From: Spartobacteria bacterium
GTDB lineage: Bacteria; Verrucomicrobiota; Verrucomicrobiia; Chthoniobacterales; UBA10450
Assembly (NCBI GenBank): GCA_003169695.1
Contig: PNAS01000027.1
Coordinates: forward strand, 40,488-104,487
DNA length: 64,000 nt
Reading direction: 5' to 3'
The first letter of the stretch is position 1, and each line of letters opens with the position of its first letter. Positions 27,928-36,073 of this stretch are shown here, in pieces. The position numbers and the translations under genes were made by a program. The notes beneath the pieces were generated by a model. It did not search any database, was not told the DNA's origin, and saw nothing but the letters and a program-made list of their open reading frames with translations.

Positions 27928-29661
27928 TTAATGGTCCTCTCCCGTGACGCGCCAGATTTCCTCGAGCGTCGTGACCCCCTCGAGCGCTTTGTCGAGTCCG
28001 ACCATACGCAGAGTTCTCATCCCCTCCGCCATTGCTTGATTTTTCACGACCGCGGAAGAGGCGCGCTTGATGATGAGGCGGCGGATTGACTCGCTCACGG
28101 GCAGCGCTTCGATAATCGCCACGCGGCCGAGATACCCGCGGCCCTTGCATCGTTCGCAACCGCTTCCGTGATAGAAAACAGCGCCCTCCGGCGCCTTCAT
28201 CGAAAGGCGTTCGAAGATTTCCGGCTCCGGCACAAACTCCTCGCGGCAGTTCGTGCAAATTCGCCTAACGAGTCGTTGCGCGCAAGCCATGATGACCGAG
28301 CTGGAAATTAGGAACGGCTCGATCCCCATATCGTCAAGACGCGTGATCGCACCAGCCGCGTCGTTCGTGTGGAGCGTGCTCAAGACCTGGTGACCGGTCA
28401 GCGCCGCTTTCACGGCAATGTCGGCTGTTTCGTTGTCACGAATCTCACCCACCATCACGATGTCCGGATCCTGCCGGAGGATGGAACGGAGCGCCGAAGC
28501 GAAATCGAGACCGATGTCGTTGCGCACCGAGACCTGATTGATGCCCGTGAGCTCGTACTCGATTGGGTCTTCGACCGTTACGATGTTGTATTGCGGGTTG
28601 TTCAGCTCCTGTAGCACGGAGTAGAGCGTCGTCGTTTTGCCGGAACCAGTCGGGCCGGTCACGAGAATCATTCCGTGCGGTGCGTCGATCGCCTTCTTGA
28701 ATTTGTCGAGCGTACCCTGGTCCATGCCCATCTGGTCGATGCTGCCGGTGAGCGCCGCTTTATCGAGAATACGGATGACGATCTTCTCGCCGTACGCGGT
28801 CGGCAAAATCGAGACACGCAAATCCACTTCCTTGCCGATCACCTTGATGCGGAAGCGCCCGTCCTGCGGCACCCGGCGTTCGGCGATATTCAGGCCCGAG
28901 AGAATTTTGATGCGGGATGTGATCGCGAGCTGAAGCGCCTTCGGCGGCGATTCCGCCATGATCAGTTCGCCGTCGATGCGGTAACGCAGCTTTAGCGTGC
29001 GCTGGAACGGTTCAATGTGAATGTCTGACGCCTTTTCCTTCACTGCCTGGACGAGAATCAGGTTGACGATTTTGATCACGGGCGCGTCTTCGCTGTCCGT
29101 CGCGAGCCGATCGAGATCGATCTCCTCGTTCTTCGCCGACTGCACTTCCACCTCGCCCGCATTTGCCACATCTTCTGCGACCTGCTTGAGCACCTGGCTC
29201 ATGTTCGAGGCGCCATGCACCCCCGCGAGCGCGTCGCTGACCGCCTTCTCCGTCGCAATCATCGGAACGATTTCGAGCTGCACACGCCGCTTCACGTCGT
29301 CGACCGCGAGCACATTTGTCGGATCGGCCATCGCCACGAAGAGCTTGCCGTTGAGGCGCGCGATCGGGACGAGCTTGTTCGCTCTTGCCATTTCGCGCGG
29401 CACCAGCGACATCACTTCCTCCGGCACGCGCAACTTCGAGAGATTAATCAGCGGCGTATTGAGGCAACGGCTCATGCTCACCGTCATGTCCTGGTCTGTC
29501 ACGAACTGGCGGTCCGTCAGAATCTTGAGCAGCCGACCACCTTCCTTCTGCTGAATGCCGACCGCTTCCTCGAGCTGGTTCGGCAGAAGAAGACCGTCCT
29601 CGATAAGGACATCAGCGATGCGTTCGGCGAAGGATTTGCTTCTCATCGTCGTCGCGCGCAT
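27928..29661 (-). CDS. pilB: Type IV pilus/T2SS extension ATPase (PilB/GspE family)
   Basis: ASDIHIEP, PQDGR, GPTGSGKTTT, EDPIEY, LRQDPD..MVGEIRD, TGHQVLSTLH, CTNC/CERC zinc motif and N-terminal MshEN-like helices. Confidence 0.93.
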   Translation of the reverse strand: MRATTMRSKSFAERIADVLIEDGLLLPNQLEEAVGIQQKEGGRLLKILTDRQFVTDQDMTVSMSRCLNTPLINLSKLRVPEEVMSLVPREMARANKLVPIARLNGKLFVAMADPTNVLAVDDVKRRVQLEIVPMIATEKAVSDALAGVHGASNMSQVLKQVAEDVANAGEVEVQSAKNEEIDLDRLATDSEDAPVIKIVNLILVQAVKEKASDIHIEPFQRTLKLRYRIDGELIMAESPPKALQLAITSRIKILSGLNIAERRVPQDGRFRIKVIGKEVDLRVSILPTAYGEKIVIRILDKAALTGSIDQMGMDQGTLDKFKKAIDAPHGMILVTGPTGSGKTTTLYSVLQELNNPQYNIVTVEDPIEYELTGINQVSVRNDIGLDFASALRSILRQDPDIVMVGEIRDNETADIAVKAALTGHQVLSTLHTNDAAGAITRLDDMGIEPFLISSSVIMACAQRLVRRICTNCREEFVPEPEIFERLSMKAPEGAVFYHGSGCERCKGRGYLGRVAIIEALPVSESIRRLIIKRASSAVVKNQAMAEGMRTLRMVGLDKALEGVTTLEEIWRVTGEDH

Positions 29662-30557
29662 TAGACCCGGCTTTCCAACCGGTAGATGTCCTGCAGAGCT
29701 TTGATGATCGCGTCCGGCCGCGCGAGATACCACGTCACGGTGTAATCGAGCGATTGCTGCACCGCTTCACGGCCGGCCGCGTCGAACGGGTTACAGCACG
29801 CCACCATGATCGTGCGGCTAATCAAATCGAACGGCACATAGAGGCGGCCGAGCGTTAAATGGTCCGGCAACATCCGCGCGATCTGCCGGTCGATGTCGTA
29901 ATACTCGAGCGGCACGTAGGCAAACTTTGTCCGGTCGATCAAGCCGGAGAGCGACTGGTCCACCTTATCGACGTCTTGCCGGCAAAGTTTGTCCAGAAGC
30001 GATGCTGCGAGCGATTGCCCGCTCAAATCCTTGTTCAGATGCTTGACCGTTTCGACAGCCTTGGTCACCTGGTCCTCGGTAAAGAGTTGCTGCATCACCA
30101 AAAATTTGGCGAGATGCTCGTCCCCGCGATCTTGCGAATGCTGTGCGTTCTTCCCGTGCTGGAGGTCCACGAGACCACCCTCGTGCGCCCCATTCGTGCT
30201 TGCCGGCGCGATCAACCCATTTTTCGAGCCGGTCGTCGCGATTGCATGACCGGCCGCTTGCAAGCGCGTTTCGATATCGCCGAGCATCGCGAGAATCTCC
30301 GGCGCGTTGGGTTCCTTGAGCAAAATGACCTCGCACTCCTGGATCGCGAGGGTGTAGGAACCGACGTTAAAATAGGCTTCGGCCAGACGGCGCGAAGTCT
30401 TGAGCGATTCGGCCGCGCGGCCGACCTTTTGATAAGCCTCCTTGAGGATTTCGAGCGACTGATAATCGTCAGGCTGTGTTTGAGTTATGACCTCAAACAT
30501 CTCGATCGTCTGAACGATCTGACTATGCTCCTCCTCGGATAACGTGTGTTCCAGCAC
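29661..30557 (-). CDS. Hypothetical protein: N-terminal TPR-like helices plus GspE/PilB N-terminal-like domain, no ATPase
   Basis: LAEAYFNVGSYTLAIQECEVILLKEPNA is TPR-like; C-terminal YDIDRQIARMLP...VPFD...VACCNPFD parallels the PilB N-domain (VPIA...VAMADPTN). Confidence 0.7.
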   Translation of the reverse strand: MLEHTLSEEEHSQIVQTIEMFEVITQTQPDDYQSLEILKEAYQKVGRAAESLKTSRRLAEAYFNVGSYTLAIQECEVILLKEPNAPEILAMLGDIETRLQAAGHAIATTGSKNGLIAPASTNGAHEGGLVDLQHGKNAQHSQDRGDEHLAKFLVMQQLFTEDQVTKAVETVKHLNKDLSGQSLAASLLDKLCRQDVDKVDQSLSGLIDRTKFAYVPLEYYDIDRQIARMLPDHLTLGRLYVPFDLISRTIMVACCNPFDAAGREAVQQSLDYTVTWYLARPDAIIKALQDIYRLESRV

Positions 30558-30845
30558 AACCCCCTCATAAAAGCTAGAAGCGTGCCCCCATCTCTCTGTC
30601 TCGGAAAACCCACGTAAAAAGTTCAGTGCGCTTCCTGCAGCGGCGGCCCGGGACCGTCGAATCTCCCTCTGAACCGCTGAATTGACCGTAGATGGTGGGG
30701 ATGCAGCGGATTGATGATTTTTGAAATCGTTAAATCACTGATTCGCTCAATCGCCAAGTTTCTTTCGAATCTGCCCTATTTTTCGTCTTCCGCTCCCGCC
30801 CGCGATGCGATATTAGTTTGTCGACAACGTTCCGCTGTTAGACTC

Positions 30846-31664
30846 GTGATTCCCCCACCCAATCACAACCTGCACGCTTTCACCTTAATCGAGCTCGTCG
30901 TCGTCATTGCGATCGTCGCCGTCTTGACCGCATTCCTCGTCCCGGCTTTCACCAATCTTAAAGGGGCGAATGACCTCACAAACGCCGCCTATACCATCAA
31001 AGGTGTTCTTGAGCAGGCGCGCACCTACGCGAGAGTAAACAATACCTACGCCTGGGTTGGATTCTACGAAGAGAACGGCTCAATCGCATCAACAAATCTA
31101 CCGACCGCAGGGAACGGCCGGCTTGTGATGTCGAGCGTCGCTTCAACAGATGGAACGACGGTGTACGGTTCGACGCCCGGTGCGATTGATCCAACAAAGC
31201 TGATGCAAGTCGCCAAGTTAGTTAAGATCGATAATTTACATCTTCCGCTCTTGGCAATTGGCACTGGAACGGGAGACACATTTGATACTCGTCCTGCACT
31301 TCAGTTCGAGCCTACCGCAGGTTATAACTACTCGCGGTTTGGAGAGCTTAACGCTGCATCTCCCAATGCTGCGCCATATACTAATTCGCAATATCCGTTT
31401 CAGTATCCGGTAGGAACCCCTGTCCCCACTCCGCAATACACTTTCCTGAAAACGCTCCAGTTTAGTCCGCGAAGCGAGAGCAGAATCAATGGTAACAATT
31501 ATGATGTTCGACGAGTTGTCGAGATTGGGTTGCTTCAGACCCATGGTAACACTGTCCCGGCTGCTACCACCGGTGCGGGCACATCCACAGCCACCTATAA
31601 CGGCAACATCATCGCGATCCAAATCAGCGGGTTCGGCAGTATCGTAAAACTTTACAGGCGATGA
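30846..31664 (+). CDS. Prepilin-type protein, Verru_Chthon cassette D/FimU-like
   Basis: A|FTLIELVVVIAIVAVL class III signal, LEQARTYA; start placed at GTG 30846. Confidence 0.8.
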   Translation: MIPPPNHNLHAFTLIELVVVIAIVAVLTAFLVPAFTNLKGANDLTNAAYTIKGVLEQARTYARVNNTYAWVGFYEENGSIASTNLPTAGNGRLVMSSVASTDGTTVYGSTPGAIDPTKLMQVAKLVKIDNLHLPLLAIGTGTGDTFDTRPALQFEPTAGYNYSRFGELNAASPNAAPYTNSQYPFQYPVGTPVPTPQYTFLKTLQFSPRSESRINGNNYDVRRVVEIGLLQTHGNTVPAATTGAGTSTATYNGNIIAIQISGFGSIVKLYRR

Positions 31665-32122
31665 GCCGACGAATTCATTTTTTCGCGGGATTCTCCCTTG
31701 TCGAAGTGACGCTTGCCCTTGGTGTCGCCGCGTTCTGCTTGATCGCCCTGTTCGGATTGCTCCCGCTGGGCGTTCAAACAAACCAAAGCTCGATTTCGCA
31801 AACTGCGGCGGCTTCATTGCTATCGAGCGTCGCCGCAGACCTCCGTGGGACACCTAGAACAAGCCTGACGTCCCCGCAATATGGCATCTCGTTTGGTACC
31901 GCGAAGTTCTTGTACTTCGACGGCCAGGGAAGAGCCGTGACTCCGACAGATCCGAATGCGACTCCCCGCTACCGGGTAACGATTACATTTCCGGCCAGCC
32001 CAGTCGGTACATTTGCGCCGACGTTCGTTAGCCTAAAAATCACTTGGCCTGCGTTGGTTGATCCGGCGACAACAATACCAGCGGGCTTCGTGGAAACGTT
32101 CGCCGCATTTGATCGGCATTGA
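31661..32122 (+). CDS. Prepilin-type protein, Verru_Chthon cassette B/PilV-like
   Basis: G|FSLVEVTLALGVAAFCLIALFGLLPLG and YFDGQG. Confidence 0.85.
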   Translation: MSRRIHFFAGFSLVEVTLALGVAAFCLIALFGLLPLGVQTNQSSISQTAAASLLSSVAADLRGTPRTSLTSPQYGISFGTAKFLYFDGQGRAVTPTDPNATPRYRVTITFPASPVGTFAPTFVSLKITWPALVDPATTIPAGFVETFAAFDRH

Positions 32123-32125
32123 GTT

Positions 32126-33007
32126 ATGCGTTCGACGCAACGAGCAAATCCCGCATTCACCCTGGCTGAAATGCTGGTCGCGATAAGTGTGCTAGCGCTT
32201 CTCGTTCTTCTGGTCACGCAGCTACTCAATAACGCCGCTTCCGTTATGACTCTAGGCAACAAGCGAATGGACGCAGGCGCTCAGGCAAGGCCGTTTTTCG
32301 AGCGTATGGCGCTGGATCTTGCCCAAATAGTTAAAAGGAACGACGTCAGCTATTACGTAAAGACTGCTGGAACGCCCATGACTGGCAATGATTTGGTGGG
32401 ATTTTACAGCGCTGTTGAAGGATATTACCCCACAACACCAAGCCCGATTTCCATCGTGGCCTATAGGGTCAATTCCGATTCTTCTAGCTTAGTTGCTTAC
32501 AATTGCTTAGAGCGCATGGGAAAGGGACTGGATTGGAATGGTGCGTCCGCGACTAACATACCAGTTGTCTTTCTTCCGCTCACTATTCACGGCACTTGGC
32601 CCTCAGTGGCAAGCAGTTCCGCGTACGATGACACTGATCCTACCAAAAGGACTTACGAGACAATTGGACCTCAGGTCTTTCGTTTTGAATATTATTATCT
32701 TGAGAAAACAACGGGCAGCCTTGTTGCGTATCCCACCGCTTGGACCTCGTTGTCCGCGGTAGCAATAAAGGATGCCGCCGCAATCGTGGTGGCAATCGCA
32801 GTCGTTGATCCCAAAAGCAAAGTTTTATTGTCCCATTCACAGATGGCGACACTGGTCGAAAGCCTGCCCGATTATGCATCGGGATGGGGCCCCGGCGAGC
32901 TCTTGGCGCGATGGCAATCCGCGCTCGATAGCATTACGAATATGCCACGCCCCGCGATTTCCGGTATCCGTCTTTACGAGCGCTCCTTTTATATTTCCGA
33001 CCAGTGA
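32126..33007 (+). CDS. Prepilin-type protein, Verru_Chthon cassette C/PilW-like
   Basis: A|FTLAEMLVAISVLALLVLLV and AR..FERMALDL. Confidence 0.8.
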   Translation: MRSTQRANPAFTLAEMLVAISVLALLVLLVTQLLNNAASVMTLGNKRMDAGAQARPFFERMALDLAQIVKRNDVSYYVKTAGTPMTGNDLVGFYSAVEGYYPTTPSPISIVAYRVNSDSSSLVAYNCLERMGKGLDWNGASATNIPVVFLPLTIHGTWPSVASSSAYDDTDPTKRTYETIGPQVFRFEYYYLEKTTGSLVAYPTAWTSLSAVAIKDAAAIVVAIAVVDPKSKVLLSHSQMATLVESLPDYASGWGPGELLARWQSALDSITNMPRPAISGIRLYERSFYISDQ

Positions 33008-35247
33008 CTTGTTCATCTTCGGCCGATCAGGCCTCAAACAAGGGCGTGGCCCTCATCATTGTTCTCGCCTTTGTTGTGCTCCTCAGCGGGCTGATGGTGG
33101 CGTATCTAACCCGCGCCGGGATCGATCGCCAATTGGCCCAATCAAGCTTCCAGGACACAAAATCTGATCTTTTGGCAAGGAGTGCCCTCGATATTGTCGT
33201 CACCGATTTCAAGCAGGAAATTGCCGACCGGGCGATAGTCACGGCGACCAACATTCAGCCGCAACGGTGGGGCACACCCCTTGCCGGCGGAACACCGTTT
33301 CCAAACTTAATTCGGCGCAGTGTTCAAGGAGACCCAACCGGGCGCACGTCAAGTCTCAGCTCTGGGCCGGCGCCGTCCGCAAGCCCAAAGCGCGGCGAAA
33401 TCACATCGACACGTTGGAATAGCCACTTTTTACTTCCGCGCGCCTCTTCGCTAGGAAACGATTCTACGCCAGTCTCCAATTTCGCTGCACCGGATTGGGT
33501 ATTGCTGACGCCGCAGGGGCCGAATTCGGCGCCCGTTCCGAGTTCGGTAATCGGAAGATATGCATACGCGGTTTATGACGAAGGAGGGACGCTTGATGTG
33601 AACGTCGCAGGTTTCCCATATTATACATCATCTTCCCCATGGCCCACACCAGTGCCTACGCCTGGTTTGGCACTTAGCGACATCGGTCGAAAAGGGAGTG
33701 TTGCGTTCGCAGATCTCAGAGCCATACCGACGACCGCAGGCGGCGCTCTACTTAGTGCCGGCGGTATAAACGCCCTCGTCGGATGGAGAAATTATGCCAC
33801 GGTCCATCCTTATTCCACTTTCCCAAACTTCACTTTCGACTTACCAAGCTTCATAGGCGGCACCGGATCCCGTTTTGTAAATTACTTTGCCGGCAATCCT
33901 CAGATCGGTACCAGTCAGGATTTCAGAACGGTCTCGCCGACTGTTTATCTCAATCGAACCGATCAAGCTTTCATCACCAGGACTGAGCTTATCAAGCTTC
34001 AACGGGAAGCCGGCTTTGGTGCGGGTGCGATGCAATACCTCGGAACATTCTCGCGCGAAAAGAACACTCCTACGTGGAAAGCCGGCACGGCGGAGATCGC
34101 TCAGAGGTTTTATGTCGGTAACTTGAATCTAATTAAACCGGATCCATCTACGACTCGGATTGCAGATATCCAGAGGTACTTTGGTCTCAAATGGGTTAAC
34201 GGCACAGCAGGGGCAGTTTCCCCGCCAACCCCCGCAGTCCCCGGTCACTGGCAATACATCGGAGCTTCGGGAAATGCGATGCAAGATCATATTCCCGCTT
34301 TCACGAGCAATCCGGAATTTTTCCAACTCTTAAACCATGCAATGAATCGGACGAATGGTGATGATCCCGTCCACATTTTAACAACCCTCTCGGTCGGAGC
34401 CGCCCTGATTGATCAATATGATGACGACACTGCTGCAGATCCGTTAACAGGGACCACGACCACCATGATAGAATACAACGGCGGCTGGGCTATTGGCCTG
34501 GAAAACATAGATCCCGCCAGGCCCAGCGCATCGCCTTCGCCGACACCATCGCCTTTTCCACCCCCTGCTGGTATGTCCCCCACTCCTCCCCCTGCTATAT
34601 CCACCTACGCGATGCTTAATCGGCCATTTCGCAATGTTGGGGAGTTCGGTTACGCTTTCCGGACGGCGTCAGGTCCAACTCCGACCCCTTCGCCAAACCC
34701 CAAGACACTCGACTTCTATACTGCCACTAGTCCAGACGCTCCCATACTTGACCTGTTTACCTACAACAGCGCACCTATTCGATCCGGCATCGTCAATTTG
34801 AATACACAAGACGTTCCCGTTATTACCGCACTTTTGACCGGAGCTTTTCAGACCGAGCAAAATATCGGGCCATCGCCGAGCGCTTCTCCGGTCGCAAGCC
34901 CCGCCGCGAAAACCGCGGCGACAACTATCGTGAATGCGACCACAACTCAACCCGCACTGAGTCGGGCCGAAATCACGCGTCTGTGCAGCGTCGTCCTTAA
35001 TACACCTTTCACGGCGAGCGAAGAAACAAGGGAAACAATTTCGCGCGCGCTCGCCGAGGTCACACAGACACGTACTTGGGGGCTACTAATTGACTTGATC
35101 ACCCAGACGGGACGGTACCCTCGAGGAACTACGGACCTCACGCAGCAATTCGTCGTTGAAGGAGAAAAACGCTATTGGTTGCATATTGCGATCGATCGCT
35201 TCACCGGCGAGATAATCGATCAGCAGCTCGAGGCCGTTTCCGAATAG
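33004..35247 (+). CDS. Large PilX/GspK-like protein, Verru_Chthon cassette A-like
   Basis: G|VALIIVLAFVVLL without Glu5, GRYAYAVYDEGG..DVN, VNLNT and Pro/Thr/Ser linkers. Confidence 0.8.
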   Translation: MTCSSSADQASNKGVALIIVLAFVVLLSGLMVAYLTRAGIDRQLAQSSFQDTKSDLLARSALDIVVTDFKQEIADRAIVTATNIQPQRWGTPLAGGTPFPNLIRRSVQGDPTGRTSSLSSGPAPSASPKRGEITSTRWNSHFLLPRASSLGNDSTPVSNFAAPDWVLLTPQGPNSAPVPSSVIGRYAYAVYDEGGTLDVNVAGFPYYTSSSPWPTPVPTPGLALSDIGRKGSVAFADLRAIPTTAGGALLSAGGINALVGWRNYATVHPYSTFPNFTFDLPSFIGGTGSRFVNYFAGNPQIGTSQDFRTVSPTVYLNRTDQAFITRTELIKLQREAGFGAGAMQYLGTFSREKNTPTWKAGTAEIAQRFYVGNLNLIKPDPSTTRIADIQRYFGLKWVNGTAGAVSPPTPAVPGHWQYIGASGNAMQDHIPAFTSNPEFFQLLNHAMNRTNGDDPVHILTTLSVGAALIDQYDDDTAADPLTGTTTTMIEYNGGWAIGLENIDPARPSASPSPTPSPFPPPAGMSPTPPPAISTYAMLNRPFRNVGEFGYAFRTASGPTPTPSPNPKTLDFYTATSPDAPILDLFTYNSAPIRSGIVNLNTQDVPVITALLTGAFQTEQNIGPSPSASPVASPAAKTAATTIVNATTTQPALSRAEITRLCSVVLNTPFTASEETRETISRALAEVTQTRTWGLLIDLITQTGRYPRGTTDLTQQFVVEGEKRYWLHIAIDRFTGEIIDQQLEAVSE

Positions 35248-35353
35248 CCAACGGTATTACCGGGCGAGGCAGATAGAAATCGCGGCAATAGATCCCTCAT
35301 CGCCATTTCAAATTGGGACACCACCCCGTTTACGGCCGGCGCCCGCGCTACAT

Positions 35354-35995
35354 CTAGGAAAACCGGTCCTCGGTCCAGGGATCGGCGGTGTTGCTGTAGC
35401 CGCGCAGTTCCCAGAAACCGAGCCGATCCTCGGACGCGAACTCGATTGAGCGCACGAACTTCGCGCCTTTCCAGGCGTACAGTTTCGGGATGATGACGCG
35501 CGCCGGGCCGCCGTGCTCGCGTGGAATTGACTGGCCGTCGAAATGTGTGGCGATGAGAACGTCGTCGTCCATGCAATCTTCGAGCCGGACGTTGGTGCTG
35601 TAACCGTCATAGCTCGTGAAGAGGACGTGTCTTACTTCGGGCTTCGTTTTCACGATCTCGGCAAGAGTGAAGAACGCGACGCCGCTCCAGCGGCAATCGA
35701 ATTTGCTCCAGGTCGTGACGCAGTGGAAATCGCTCACGTCCTCGAACCGCGGCAGCGCGTTGAATTCTTCCCAGGTGAAGGTTTTCGGATGTTCGACGAA
35801 ACCGCTGACTTCGAGCCGCCATTTTTCCAATGAGATGTCCGGGCGAATGCCGAGATCGAGGACAGGAAATCCGGAAGTGAGGTGCTGACCGGGCGGCAAC
35901 CGGTTCTCCGAGCGGTTGATCGGTTTCGCTTTACCGCTCATCTTGCGCGCCCAACGCTCCTTGCGCTCAATGATGTTGGGATTAGCGCTGCTCAC
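35354..35995 (-). CDS. Sulfite-oxidase-like molybdopterin-binding oxidoreductase
   Basis: LPPGQ, DFHCVTTWS, HGGPAR, YAWKGAK and GFWE..GY motifs. Confidence 0.9.
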   Translation of the reverse strand: MSSANPNIIERKERWARKMSGKAKPINRSENRLPPGQHLTSGFPVLDLGIRPDISLEKWRLEVSGFVEHPKTFTWEEFNALPRFEDVSDFHCVTTWSKFDCRWSGVAFFTLAEIVKTKPEVRHVLFTSYDGYSTNVRLEDCMDDDVLIATHFDGQSIPREHGGPARVIIPKLYAWKGAKFVRSIEFASEDRLGFWELRGYSNTADPWTEDRFS

Positions 35996-36006
35996 GAAGA
36001 GGAAGG

Positions 36007-36050
36007 TATCCGCAGATTACGCAGAGGAACGCAATTTTGTCAGCGAAGCA
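36007..36050 (+). repeat. Direct repeat copy 1 flanking the TPR/GT-C gene
   Basis: TATCCGCAGATTACGCAGAGGAACGCAATTTTGTCAGCGAAGCA; 39 of 45 aligned positions match 38020-38064 (hand alignment). Confidence 0.8.
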
Positions 36051-36073
36051 GCGGCGGATTATCAACTGCCGTT

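Noticed and set aside
30715..30737. TGATTT-N11-AAATCA inverted repeat upstream of the pilin cassette
   Set aside because: Short and in an AT-rich patch; no cognate regulator identifiable
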